Assembly: GCA_002010065.2 (NCBI GenBank)
Contig: MTMD02000002.1
Span: forward strand, 288,001-352,000
From: Candidatus Pyrohabitans jungbluthii
GTDB taxonomy: Archaea; Hydrothermarchaeota; Hydrothermarchaeia; Hydrothermarchaeales; BMS3B
Length of the DNA: 64,000 bases
Direction of reading: 5' to 3'
Shown in pieces: positions 28,748-38,532 of the stretch. Numbering within the stretch: the stretch's first letter is position 1; each line of letters starts with the position of its first letter. Below the pieces are notes generated by a model, which did no database searches, was not told where the DNA came from, and worked only from the letters and a program-made list of their open reading frames with translations. The translations under genes were made by a program, and so were the position numbers.

Positions 28748-29449
28748 CTAGCTCAAGCTGTACATCATCCCAAGAAGCGCAGGCATAGCCGCAGAGGGGG
28801 AGTCCGAGCTTTTAACCCTGCCGTTGCTTAGCACACAAACCCTGTCTGCAAGGATGGCAGCATCTTCATAGTCGTGGGTTACAATTATCGCTGGCACCTG
28901 GAAAGTTTCCAGAATGTTTCTAACCTCCTCTCTAACCTCCTGCTTTGTGCGCTGGTCAAGTGCTGAGAAGGGTTCATCCATAAGCAGGAGCTTAGGTTTC
29001 ACCACCAGCGCTCTGGCAAGAGCAACGCGTTGTTTTTGCCCACCTGAAAGCTCACTAGGCATGTGAGAGCGTAACTCTGCTAAGCCCAGAGTGTGCATCA
29101 TGGCCTCTACCTCTTCGTTCACCTTCGCCTTGCTATAACCCCTCACCTTTAAACCAAAGGCGATGTTCTCGTACACATTGAGGTGAGGGAAAAGCGCCAG
29201 CTCCTGAAAAACAAAGCCAACACTGCGCCTCTGGGGTGGGAGGTTTATTCCGAGTTCTGAGTGAAAAGCTAATGTGTTGCCTATGCGTATGTAGCCCTCG
29301 TCAGGAGTAACAAGCCCGGCGATGGCTTTTAACGCTGTTGTCTTTCCTGAGCCGTTCTCACCAAGAAGAGCGAGAACCTCCCTGCCAAGCTTAAGCTGCA
29401 CATTCAGTTCAAAGCGGGGAAATCTCTTGGTTATGCTGAGGTCAAGCAT
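28748..29449 (-). CDS. modC: Molybdate/tungstate ABC transporter ATPase
   Basis: GENGSGKT, LSGGQKQR, LLMDEPFSALD; operon context. Confidence 0.88.
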   Translation of the reverse strand: MLDLSITKRFPRFELNVQLKLGREVLALLGENGSGKTTALKAIAGLVTPDEGYIRIGNTLAFHSELGINLPPQRRSVGFVFQELALFPHLNVYENIAFGLKVRGYSKAKVNEEVEAMMHTLGLAELRSHMPSELSGGQKQRVALARALVVKPKLLLMDEPFSALDQRTKQEVREEVRNILETFQVPAIIVTHDYEDAAILADRVCVLSNGRVKSSDSPSAAMPALLGMMYSLS

Positions 29450-30224
29450 CCGCATACCTCCTTTTTGGAATTGCCTCAAACGCAAAGAGGATAAGGAAGG
29501 AGATAAGGATGAGCAGGGCAGCGATCACCAGAGCCTTTTCCACGCTCACCTGCAGCGCTGAATACACAGCTAGGGGCATGGTCTGCGTCCTGCCAACGAA
29601 GTTGCCTGCGAACATTATGGTTGCGCCAAACTCGCCCATTGCCCGCGCCCAGCTCATAATAACACCTGCCAGAATAGCGCTCCGCGCTAAGGGCAGAGAG
29701 ACCTTAAGAAAGGTGGTGAACTCACTCGCGCCCAAGGTGTATGACGCTCCCTCAAAAGTTCTGCTAACGCTGGCGAAGCCCGCTCTTGCGGAGCGCACAT
29801 AGAGGGGTAAGGCAACGAAGGTTTGAGCAATTACAACGGCTGCGGTGGTGAAGGGCAAAGCTATGCCTATGCTGGCGAGGTACTTACCTAGGATACCCTC
29901 TCTGCCAAAGGCAGCGAGCAGCGCGATGCCTGCGACGGCTGGCGGTAGAACCATGGGCAGGTTCAGAGCCACCTCCAGAAAGCGGCGCAGCGCAGAGTCG
30001 CTCCTCGCCAAGTGGTAAGCCACGGGTGTGCCGATAATCACAATGAGCAGCGTAGAGAGCGTCGCCGTAAGAAGGCTGAGCTTTACTGCTGCAAGCACCT
30101 CATAGCTGAGCAGCACCTCTGGCGAGGCGTTGCCAGCACTTATGAGCACCGAGGCTACTGGGAGAAGAATGAAGGCAGCCACACCAATGCCTGTGAGGGC
30201 GCGCGTGAGCGCAAAGGCGTTCAT
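29442..30224 (-). CDS. modB: Molybdate ABC transporter permease
   Basis: LPMVLPPAVAG, WARAMGEFGAT, TQTMPL. Confidence 0.92.
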   Translation of the reverse strand: MNAFALTRALTGIGVAAFILLPVASVLISAGNASPEVLLSYEVLAAVKLSLLTATLSTLLIVIIGTPVAYHLARSDSALRRFLEVALNLPMVLPPAVAGIALLAAFGREGILGKYLASIGIALPFTTAAVVIAQTFVALPLYVRSARAGFASVSRTFEGASYTLGASEFTTFLKVSLPLARSAILAGVIMSWARAMGEFGATIMFAGNFVGRTQTMPLAVYSALQVSVEKALVIAALLILISFLILFAFEAIPKRRYADA

Positions 30225-30976
30225 TGCCCCACCTCGAAACCATGTTTTTGCAGAATTTCTCTACCTCTGGAGGAGAGGAGGAAGTTGATAAACTCCTGGG
30301 CTAGCTCTTTATTCTTGGAGTGGGAGAGCACGCCCACGTAGTAGCGCGGAGATACGTTCGCCTCCGGTGGAAGTTCTATTACCCTAACCTTGCCTCTTGC
30401 AGCAAGCGCGTCTGTGGCGTAGACGAAGCCGGCGTCTGCCTCGCCCAGGGCTACCTTAGATAGCACACCTTTAACGCTGTCCTCCTGAGACACAACACGG
30501 GAGAGCACCTCTTCAGCGAAGCCAGCACCGTAGAGCGCTTCTAAATTAAAGAGCGCCTCTATTGCGTATTTACCAGCTGGCACTGCTTCGTTGGCGATGA
30601 CTAACTTTACATCACCGCGAAGGTCTTCCACGTTTTTTATGTTAGCCGGGTTGCTTTCGGGCACAACTATCACAAGCCTGTTTTTTGCAAAGGCGATGCT
30701 CTCATCGACGTAGCCCTGGCGGAGTAGGGCGCACATGTGCTCTTCGTTGGCAGAGGCGAAGATATCCGCATAGGCGCCCTGCTCTATCTGGACGCGGAGC
30801 GTATTTGAGCCCGCAAAGTTGAGCTCCACTTTAATGCCATGCTGTGCTTCAAACTCCTGGGCAAGCTCCTGAAAGGCTTCAGTCAAGCTTGCGGCGGCGA
30901 AGACGGTGATGCCATCTCCGCCAGAGGTGCAGCCCGCTGTGAGGGCTACGAGGAGGAGCACACTAAGAAAGCGCAT
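30221..30976 (-). CDS. modA: Molybdate-binding lipoprotein
   Basis: Lipobox TAGC, VFAAASL, FAGS, VPAGKYA, DAGFVYATD. Confidence 0.92.
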   Translation of the reverse strand: MRFLSVLLLVALTAGCTSGGDGITVFAAASLTEAFQELAQEFEAQHGIKVELNFAGSNTLRVQIEQGAYADIFASANEEHMCALLRQGYVDESIAFAKNRLVIVVPESNPANIKNVEDLRGDVKLVIANEAVPAGKYAIEALFNLEALYGAGFAEEVLSRVVSQEDSVKGVLSKVALGEADAGFVYATDALAARGKVRVIELPPEANVSPRYYVGVLSHSKNKELAQEFINFLLSSRGREILQKHGFEVGQ

Positions 30977-31559
30977 GCTGAGCTATGCGGTAATAGCCAA
31001 CGCCTGCACAGCTTCTGCACACTCGCGTACCGTTCTCGCCAACGCTCAGCGACTCGGGCACAAGCTCACCGCACCGGGAGCAGCGCACTATGGAAGAGTT
31101 CTCAAAGAGGCTGGTAAGCTCAATCTTCACAGGTATAATTTCCAGATACTCCTCGCTGAGCTCTAGAAGCGCACGGGCGAGCTCCTTCTCCTCTTCCCTT
31201 GTGAGCCTTCCTTCGCGGAGCATCCACTTTTTCATGAGCGCTGAGTGCTTCCACGCGTCGCGGCGCAATGCAACGCGGTAGCCCTGCATAGTATCTACCC
31301 TGCCCACTGTCAGCGCCAGCTTGCCATAGTTTTCGATAAAGGCATTGCCATGTCCCAACGTCGCACCCGTCGCCGCCTGCATCCCGTCGGCGAGGCATCG
31401 CGCGGTTTCGCTTATGGCGATAAGCTTCTTGCTCCCTCGCTTAGTATTGAGCTTCTGCAGCGCCAGCGTTGCCATGCGTATTCCCAGCGCTATGCCTGGA
31501 GCAAGGTGACCATGCAGTTTCTCAGCCAGCTCCACCACTTCTTCTTCCCTCAACTCCAT
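30963..31559 (-). CDS. FmdE-family protein with C-terminal zinc finger
   Basis: LHGHLAPGIALGIRM, CLADGMQ, GKLALT, CSRCGE...CRSC. Confidence 0.85.
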   Translation of the reverse strand: MELREEEVVELAEKLHGHLAPGIALGIRMATLALQKLNTKRGSKKLIAISETARCLADGMQAATGATLGHGNAFIENYGKLALTVGRVDTMQGYRVALRRDAWKHSALMKKWMLREGRLTREEEKELARALLELSEEYLEIIPVKIELTSLFENSSIVRCSRCGELVPESLSVGENGTRVCRSCAGVGYYRIAQHALS

Positions 31560-31568
31560 ATCACCACC

Positions 31569-32792
31569 TCATGTAAAGAGATGCACCTTTATCTCCTCTC
31601 CTCGCTTAGTGTCCCGCTCTATTATCGCGTAGCCATCCACCAGAGCACTTCGCAGGTTTGAGGCTATGGCAGAGACGTTGTACTTCTCGCCGCTCTTCAT
31701 CAGGGGCATCTCACTGCCCTCGAAGCCAATCGGCTTGGCATAGCCGTTCTCTAGGTATACAAACACCAGGTTGGCGATGTCTGCGGCGTCGGTGTCCTTG
31801 GTTGAGAGCAGTATATCCTCGGTTATCCTCGCATAGAGGAAGGGCTCCTCACTCTTACCCAGGAAGTACCTGCGCAGGTGAAGCTGCGCCGCAACTAGCG
31901 CACCTGTGGGCTTGCCAGGCAGAGCGAACACGGGCGTATTCTCGACTATGCCCACTGCTATAGGCTTCCCGGGGCGCGTCTTGACCTTGTACAGCACCAC
32001 CTCGCCCAGCTCCTCTATAGCGCGCAACACGTAGTCGCGCCTGCCTACGCTCACACCGCCGCTGGTGACAACGCAGTCGTAGCGCTTCGCTGCGCTGGCA
32101 AGCGCTTGCTTTGTGGCTTCGTAGTCATCCTCAATTGCGCCGAGATAGCTCGTCTCGCATCCCCACTGCTCCAGCAGAGCCATTACCACGAAGGAGTTTA
32201 TGTCGCGGAGCAAGCCCCTGGCAATTTCATTGCCCGTTGCGAGCACAGCTACTCGAGGCTTGCGATACACTTCCACCTCTTCGATGCCCTGGCCTTTTAG
32301 AATTCCAAACTCCTGTGCTCTTATCCTTGTTTTCGCTCTTAGGATAACCTCCCCCTTGCGGTAGTTGCTTCCCTGAGGCACCACCTTGGTCCCCTTCTCA
32401 ATGGGGATACCGTACAGCAATTCGCCCTCAAGGCGGGCATCCTCTAAGCGGAGTACGCAATCTGCACCCGGAGGTAGGAACGCTCCCGTTGCGATGTACA
32501 TCGCCTCGCCTTCGCGAAGCTCAGGTAGAGACTCATAAGCATCGCCAGCGTAGATGCTCCCTACCACGCGCAGAGGATAACGTTCAGCATCTTCGCTACG
32601 CATTGCGTAGCCATCGTAGCTGGCTATGTCGTGGGGTGGTGAGTCCTCTGTGGCGAGGATATCCTTAGCCAGCTCCCGTCCGAGGAGCGAGAGCTCCACC
32701 CTCGCAACTTCCGTCTCGCGATTGAAGTAAAACCCCTCTCTTAGCGTGTGGATAATCTCCCGCGCTCTGCTCAGAGGAACCAGCGTTTCCAC
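31569..32792 (-). CDS. moeA: Molybdopterin molybdotransferase
   Basis: SYDGYA, IATGAFLPPGAD, TGNE, TSGGVSVG, PGKP, LPGKP. Confidence 0.92.
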   Translation of the reverse strand: METLVPLSRAREIIHTLREGFYFNRETEVARVELSLLGRELAKDILATEDSPPHDIASYDGYAMRSEDAERYPLRVVGSIYAGDAYESLPELREGEAMYIATGAFLPPGADCVLRLEDARLEGELLYGIPIEKGTKVVPQGSNYRKGEVILRAKTRIRAQEFGILKGQGIEEVEVYRKPRVAVLATGNEIARGLLRDINSFVVMALLEQWGCETSYLGAIEDDYEATKQALASAAKRYDCVVTSGGVSVGRRDYVLRAIEELGEVVLYKVKTRPGKPIAVGIVENTPVFALPGKPTGALVAAQLHLRRYFLGKSEEPFLYARITEDILLSTKDTDAADIANLVFVYLENGYAKPIGFEGSEMPLMKSGEKYNVSAIASNLRSALVDGYAIIERDTKRGEEIKVHLFT

Positions 32793-33104
32793 CCCTCATC
32801 ACCTAAACGTTTCTATTTAAATTTCTCTAATATTTAAACAAATACAAATATAAAAACCTTTTTAGAAAAAAAATTTTATAATTTAAACCGAAGCAATTTT
32901 AATTTTATAAAAGCTTTATATTAGTAGATTCAATTATTTACTGGTTCAGATATTTTATTATATTTTATATACCGCTTTAGTATATAAGAATGAAAAATCT
33001 TAATTTCTACAATTATTGAAAAATAATTCTAAAAAGGTTTTTATTTTACCACCACACTAAAAAATTAAAATGTATTTTTAATTTAAAATGGGGGGAATGA
33101 TAGA
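32793..33104. promoter_or_regulatory. Very AT-rich divergent promoter region between moeA and the molybdoenzyme operon
   Basis: About 310 bp non-coding with several TTTATA/TATAAA boxes; individual sites not resolved. Confidence 0.55.
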
Positions 33105-35741
33105 ATGAAGATATCTAGGAGGGAATTCTTGAAGAAGTCGAGCCTTATAGCAGGAATGGCTGCTCTTGGCTCGCAGGTGGTTTCGCTGAGCAGTGTAGCC
33201 GCAGAGGCGAGCAAAGCTCAGGGAAAAGTTAAGCAGGTTGCAGCCACAGTAAGCGAAGATGTTCTCATACCCAGCACGGACATAATGTGTGTGAACTTCT
33301 GCGGAATAAGGGTGAGGAGGGTAAACGGCGTAATCCGTGCGATCTACGGCAATCCGGCGAGCCCCTACAACGTTGGACACCTATGTCCCAAGGGGCAGAG
33401 TGGTATTTTTGATGTGTACAATCCATACAGGGTAAAGGCTCCGCTCAAGCGCACAAATCCCAACAAGGACCCGAGGGAGGATCCAAAGTGGAAGGAGATA
33501 AGCTGGGAGGAGGCATTAAACGAGGTTGCAGCAAAACTCAAGGAAGTTAGAGCAAAAGACCCGAGGGGTTTGACATTCTTCTGGGGTCACGGTAAATATC
33601 TGGTGCAGGACAAGTACCTGAAAGCCTTCTGCAAAGCCTTTGGCACGCCAAACAATGTTCACCGCACCACCGTATGCGAAGCTGCTCGCCACGTTGCGGA
33701 TGAGCTCACCTGGGGTGGACATGGATTTCTCCCGGATCTGGAGTACACCCGCTACTACGTGAACATGGGGGCGAACTTCACAGAGGGGGAGCAGTGGGCT
33801 CGCTGGCTGGACAGAACATGCATGGATGCCATAGTTAACAGGGGACTCAAGCTCGTTGTGGTTGAGCCCAGGCTGAGCAATCTCGCAGCGAAAGCTCACG
33901 AATGGATACCAATAAAGCCTGGTACAGACGTGGTATTCCTCTTAGCCATGGCGAAAGAGCTCATACTCAACGGCTACGTGGATAAGGAGTTTCTGATAGA
34001 GTACACAGATGCACCCTTCTTAGTTGGCGAGGATAAGAAGTTCCTGAGAGATGAGAACGGCAATGCTCTAGTGTGGGACAAGAAAGCAAGCCAGGCGGTA
34101 CCCTATGATGATGCCGAAGAGATAGCTCTTGATGCAAAGGTTACAGTAGATGGCAAGGAGTACAGAACCGCCTTCAGGGTGTTCAAGGACTATGTGCTCA
34201 GCCTAAGCCTGAGTGAGGCAGAAGAGATAACAGGCGTGCCCGCAGAGACCATAAGGAAGGTCGCCAAGGAGTTTGGGGAGAACGCCCACATCGGCGCCAC
34301 GGTGGTAATGGACGGCAAGGTGCTGCGCTATCGCCCCGTTGCCATACATACCTTCAGGGGAATGAGCGCAAAGGAGTATGGAAGCCAGCAGTGGAGGGCA
34401 GCCTGGATTGTGCAAATGCTTGTGGGCAACTTAGATGCTGTGGGAGGAATTCGACTATACCATGCAAACCCGGACTACAAGAACATGAAGCCCTCCACGT
34501 GCGAATACCCGCCCAGCAGGGTAGACCTTGCAGGAAGCGTATTCTTCCCACATGCCACGCACAATGTGGCGCAGCAGCCTGCCCTTACGTTTGCGGAGCC
34601 TGAGAAGTACGGCTTGCCCTATAAGCCGGAGATGGCGCTGGTGTATGCCACCAACAGGCTCATCTCCACCTCTGAGGTGGAGAAGCAGATAGAGGGCTTC
34701 AAGAAGGTATACATGGTAAACATAAACCTCGTGCTGGACGAGATTGCCCAGATGTCTGACATAGTACTGCCAAACAAGAGCTACCTCGAGTGCTGGCACT
34801 TCAGCCCAACAAGGTGGACTCCTGACTCGAGCCACAGCGCAATCCGCCAGCCGATTGTAAATGCCTACAACCTGCCCTACCAGGACTTCGACATCCTCTG
34901 GGAACTGGCGAAGAGGGCTGGCTTCTTGGATGAGTACGTGGATGCCATAAACAAGAACTGGAATCTCAAGGACGACAAGAAGTTCGAGAAGGGCAGGGAC
35001 TACGACGCCAAGGAATCGGTGAAGATTATATGGGAGGCAAAGACAGGCAAGCCCCTCGAGTATGCCATAAAACACGGTCTTGTGGCGAAGAAGGTGAGCG
35101 TGGAGGAAAGGTACCTGCATGATGCTGAGAAGTTCAGAGGCAAGGGCAAACCAAAGATGCACTTCTATGCAGAGCAGCTTGTTCATACAAAGGAGAAAGT
35201 CCTCGAAATCGCAAAGAAGGAGCCAAAGGTCAGGAAGGTGTTTGAGGAGTGGTACGGAGAGACCGATCTTGAGAAGCTCCTTGACATAAAGCTTTCGCCA
35301 ATACCCCTGAAGGAGCACGCCTTCCCGGTGCCGCACAAGCAAGCAAAGGACTACCCGCTGTATCTCATAACCTACAAGAGAATGTACAGAAACCAGGCAA
35401 ATCCAGATGCCTTAAACCCGGTTCTCAACGAGGTTGCCCACGACTCCAGCTACAATTACATGCTGATTAACACCGTCAAGGCCAAGGAGCTCGGGATAAA
35501 GGATGGCGACGAAGTATGGATAGAGTCCAGAGTTGGAAAGGTCAAGGCAATAGCAAAGCTTACTGAGGGAATTCGCCCGGACACGGTGGCTGTGAGCTAC
35601 CACTATGGAAGGTTCTCTTCAGCCTTCCCGGAGTATGCCAAGAAGGGCACTGCAATAAACTTCGTTCTGGAACTCCATCCAGACATGATCTCAGGGCACA
35701 ACTCCTTCCTAGACACCAAGGTTAAGGTGTACAAGGCGTGA
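33105..35741 (+). CDS. Tat-exported Mo/W-bisPGD oxidoreductase catalytic subunit (PsrA/ArrA/ArxA-like)
   Basis: SRREFLK Tat motif; DIMCVNFC...LCPKG; FGTPNNVHRTTVCE; C-terminal molybdopterin-binding domain. Confidence 0.88.
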   Translation: MKISRREFLKKSSLIAGMAALGSQVVSLSSVAAEASKAQGKVKQVAATVSEDVLIPSTDIMCVNFCGIRVRRVNGVIRAIYGNPASPYNVGHLCPKGQSGIFDVYNPYRVKAPLKRTNPNKDPREDPKWKEISWEEALNEVAAKLKEVRAKDPRGLTFFWGHGKYLVQDKYLKAFCKAFGTPNNVHRTTVCEAARHVADELTWGGHGFLPDLEYTRYYVNMGANFTEGEQWARWLDRTCMDAIVNRGLKLVVVEPRLSNLAAKAHEWIPIKPGTDVVFLLAMAKELILNGYVDKEFLIEYTDAPFLVGEDKKFLRDENGNALVWDKKASQAVPYDDAEEIALDAKVTVDGKEYRTAFRVFKDYVLSLSLSEAEEITGVPAETIRKVAKEFGENAHIGATVVMDGKVLRYRPVAIHTFRGMSAKEYGSQQWRAAWIVQMLVGNLDAVGGIRLYHANPDYKNMKPSTCEYPPSRVDLAGSVFFPHATHNVAQQPALTFAEPEKYGLPYKPEMALVYATNRLISTSEVEKQIEGFKKVYMVNINLVLDEIAQMSDIVLPNKSYLECWHFSPTRWTPDSSHSAIRQPIVNAYNLPYQDFDILWELAKRAGFLDEYVDAINKNWNLKDDKKFEKGRDYDAKESVKIIWEAKTGKPLEYAIKHGLVAKKVSVEERYLHDAEKFRGKGKPKMHFYAEQLVHTKEKVLEIAKKEPKVRKVFEEWYGETDLEKLLDIKLSPIPLKEHAFPVPHKQAKDYPLYLITYKRMYRNQANPDALNPVLNEVAHDSSYNYMLINTVKAKELGIKDGDEVWIESRVGKVKAIAKLTEGIRPDTVAVSYHYGRFSSAFPEYAKKGTAINFVLELHPDMISGHNSFLDTKVKVYKA

Positions 35742-35755
35742 GGGGGTGAGGGAAG

Positions 35756-36427
35756 ATGGTTAAATATGGTCTTGTCATCGACCTGAAAAAGTGTATAGGC
35801 TGCAGGAGCTGTGTCGCTGCGTGCAAGATCGAGAATATGGTTCAGCCTGGTAATTACTGGAACTTTGTCCTCGAGTACGAGCAGGGCAAGTATCCGAATG
35901 TTCGCAGAGTCTTCGTTCCCATAAATTGCCAGCACTGCGAGAATCCGCCCTGTGTTAAGGCATGCCCGGCAAAGGCGATAAGCAAGAACGAGTATGGCGT
36001 TGTGCTGATAGACTACGACAAGTGCAAGGGCTACAGGTACTGCATCGCCGCATGCCCCTACGGAGTAATCCACTTCATTGACAAGATAAGGTACCTCTAT
36101 CCAGAAGACAATCCCGATAAAGCTCCCACACCGTATGAGCAGATTCCCGCCGAAGCGAGACATCCACTGCACAGAAAGAAGCCTGGCATTGCTGAGAAGT
36201 GTACCCTGTGCTGGCACCGCATTGAGAAGGCCCTGAAAGAAGGGAAGGAGCCGGGAAGCGATTACGACACATCGCCAGCGTGCGTTCCCGTTTGCCCAGC
36301 AGGTGCGAGATATTTCGGCGACCTCGATGATCCGAACAGCGTGGTTTCAAAGCTCATCGCTGCGAGGCGGGCGATCCAGCTCAAGAAGGAGTACGGCACA
36401 AGACCGCAGGTTTACTACCTGGTGTGA
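35756..36427 (+). CDS. Four-cluster Fe-S subunit (PsrB/ArrB/NrfC-like)
   Basis: CIGCRSCVAAC, CQHCENPPCVKAC, CKGYRYCIAACP, CTLC...ACVPVCP. Confidence 0.92.
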   Translation: MVKYGLVIDLKKCIGCRSCVAACKIENMVQPGNYWNFVLEYEQGKYPNVRRVFVPINCQHCENPPCVKACPAKAISKNEYGVVLIDYDKCKGYRYCIAACPYGVIHFIDKIRYLYPEDNPDKAPTPYEQIPAEARHPLHRKKPGIAEKCTLCWHRIEKALKEGKEPGSDYDTSPACVPVCPAGARYFGDLDDPNSVVSKLIAARRAIQLKKEYGTRPQVYYLV

Positions 36428-36437
36428 GGTGATGAAG

Positions 36438-36833
36438 ATGAAGTTTAAGTTTCTGGTGTTCGCTTCCCTTGCTCTTCTCTTCCTCTTTGCAGCGTGCGCC
36501 CAGAAGCCAGAGGTCGAGGAGAAGGTGATTGAGAAAGAAGTGCCTATGAACCTCCCTGATACAGCGAAGAAGATAGCGGCTGGCGAAATTGAAGTTGGTG
36601 AGGAGTTTGGCATGGAGATTGGGCAGCGCTACCATACAATACACGCAGATACCCTCGGCTTAGCCTGCACCACCTGTCACGTTAAGAGCTATGCTGATGA
36701 CTACATCTACCAGAGGAAGTACAAGGTTCCTGTGAGAGGCGCCCCCGGACCTGTGGACAGAGGCGTCTGCCTGGGCTGTCACAAGGAGAATGGACCGGCG
36801 GCGACATCGCTCTATGGCACAGCCAGTGACTGA
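36438..36833 (+). CDS. Diheme c-type cytochrome lipoprotein
   Basis: Signal peptide with FAAC lipobox; CTTCH and CLGCH; start 36432 or 36438. Confidence 0.8.
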   Translation: MKFKFLVFASLALLFLFAACAQKPEVEEKVIEKEVPMNLPDTAKKIAAGEIEVGEEFGMEIGQRYHTIHADTLGLACTTCHVKSYADDYIYQRKYKVPVRGAPGPVDRGVCLGCHKENGPAATSLYGTASD

Positions 36834-36864
36834 CCTCTCTTTTCTTTCTTTTTGAGGTGCTAAT

Positions 36865-37560
36865 ATGGAGCAGCTTAATAAGCTTGCGGAGAACAGGAGC
36901 AGGATTTACGGCTTTCTCTGCGAGTTTTATAACGGGGTGCCCAGAGAGGAGTTCGTGAAGAAGCTTCTTAGTGAGGACTTCCTTAGGGAGTTGAAGAATC
37001 TAGCAACCCTCGCGGAGGGTGAACTCAGAGAGGGTGCAGAACTTTTAGAGCAATTCCTCAGGCTTAACTCTGAAAGAAACATAGAGGAGCTGACAGAGCA
37101 GCTTGCGGTTGAATTCACAAGGCTTTTCAGAGGCATAAAGCCAAAGTACAGTCCCCCACCACCGTATGAGTCTGTGTACAGAGACGAAGGCAGGGTGATG
37201 GGCGCTTCTACGCTTCAAGTGATGAACACTTACCTCGATGCTGGTTTTGCCCTGAACGAGGAATACGGAGGACCCCCGGATTATATAGGCACAGAGCTCA
37301 AGTTTCTTGCGCTTGCGAGCTACCGCGAGGCAGAGAGCTGGGGAAAGGGCGATAGAAGGGAAGCGGAGAGATTGCTTAGGGTACAGCAGCGCTTTATTGA
37401 AGAGCATGCTCTGGCATGGATTCCAAGGTTCTGCGATGTAATACTGCAGGAGGCTGAGAGCGAGTTTTATAAAGGTGTGGCGAAGCTTACTCGCGGGTTT
37501 CTGAGACTGGATGCAGAGCAGATAGCAGAGACCCTAAAGCTTGTGGAGGAAGAAGGATGA
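36865..37560 (+). CDS. TorD/DmsD-family redox enzyme maturation chaperone
   Basis: EFTRLF, PPYESVY, PPDYIGTELKFL, EH...WIPRF. Confidence 0.92.
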   Translation: MEQLNKLAENRSRIYGFLCEFYNGVPREEFVKKLLSEDFLRELKNLATLAEGELREGAELLEQFLRLNSERNIEELTEQLAVEFTRLFRGIKPKYSPPPPYESVYRDEGRVMGASTLQVMNTYLDAGFALNEEYGGPPDYIGTELKFLALASYREAESWGKGDRREAERLLRVQQRFIEEHALAWIPRFCDVILQEAESEFYKGVAKLTRGFLRLDAEQIAETLKLVEEEG

Positions 37561-38141
37561 AGGAGCTCGATTTCGCAATTGCTATTCACGGGCATAAGGC
37601 TCCGGGAATAGTGCTTGGCGTGAGGATGGCAAAGCTTGCGTATGAGCTTCTTGGCAAGCCCAAGCGAGGCAGGGGCTTAACAGGCATCGTGGAAACAAAA
37701 GTCTGTCTTCCCGATGCTCTGATGGCAGTCGCAGGCACGACGCCGGGCAATGGAAACCTCATAATCTATGACCTGGGCAAGCTTGCCCTCTCTCTCACCA
37801 AATATCCCTCAGGAGAGGGATATAGAGTTGCGCTCAGAAGCGAGGCAGCAGGCTTAGACGAAGCACTTGAAAAGTTCATGTACCGCAAGGGTAAGCTCAC
37901 CCACGAGGAAAGAGACAGGGTGGCGGACATATTTTACAGCATGGATGAGAAGTACTTTAAGGTAGAGAAGGTCAAGCTCACCCTGCCTTTAACACCAACA
38001 CGCACACCCATAGCCAAGTGCTCTTCTTGCGGCGAGCTTCAGCCTCAGGGATTTATGCTTAATGGAAGCTGCAGGGTATGCGCGGGCGAGAGCTATTTTG
38101 AAAAGCTGGAGGAGGTGATAACGTATGTTAGGACAGAGTGA
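37557..38141 (+). CDS. FmdE-family protein (second paralog)
   Basis: [33 protein letters not shown]...CRVC. Confidence 0.85.
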   Translation: MKELDFAIAIHGHKAPGIVLGVRMAKLAYELLGKPKRGRGLTGIVETKVCLPDALMAVAGTTPGNGNLIIYDLGKLALSLTKYPSGEGYRVALRSEAAGLDEALEKFMYRKGKLTHEERDRVADIFYSMDEKYFKVEKVKLTLPLTPTRTPIAKCSSCGELQPQGFMLNGSCRVCAGESYFEKLEEVITYVRTE

Positions 38142-38271
38142 GCTTCTTATAATCTTGGGCATTGTTGTTCTGCTTTTCGGCGCAAATAAGCTGCCTGAGC
38201 TGGCACGCTCACTTGGCAGAGCCAAGGTGGAGTTTAAGCGTGGCATGGAGGATGAGGGTAGCGAGAAATGA
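38125..38271 (+). CDS. tatA: TatA/E subunit (not in ORF track)
   Basis: [48 protein letters not shown]. Confidence 0.9.
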   Translation: MLGQSELLIILGIVVLLFGANKLPELARSLGRAKVEFKRGMEDEGSEK

Positions 38272-38289
38272 TCGGCTCTGGAGAAGTGG
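38218..38289 (+). repeat. 72-bp repeat, inverted copy at 43263..43334
   Basis: 71 of 72 positions identical by manual comparison; spans the junction of the two tat genes. Confidence 0.85.
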
Positions 38290-38486
38290 TCGTCATAACT
38301 CTTCTCGCCCTCCTCTTCTTTGGCCCTGAAAAGCTTCCTGAGCTGGCAAGAAGTCTTGGAAAGGCGTATGCCGAGTTTAAAAATGCCCAAGAGGAAGTTG
38401 AAAGGCAGATAAATAGGGAAATGCTGGAAGAGAAAAATATAGATATAAAAAAAGATATTGAATTGATAAATGAGGAAGCAGATTAG
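38268..38486 (+). CDS. TatA/B-family subunit
   Basis: [24 protein letters not shown]. Confidence 0.88.
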   Translation: MIGSGEVVVITLLALLFFGPEKLPELARSLGKAYAEFKNAQEEVERQINREMLEEKNIDIKKDIELINEEAD

Positions 38487-38532
38487 CTATGCTTCTCAAA
38501 AAATTTATAACTATGGCAATAAATGTAAAATT

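Noticed and set aside
33105-35741. Assigning the symbol arrA or arxA
   Set aside because: Diagnostic active-site motifs do not match either; needs phylogeny
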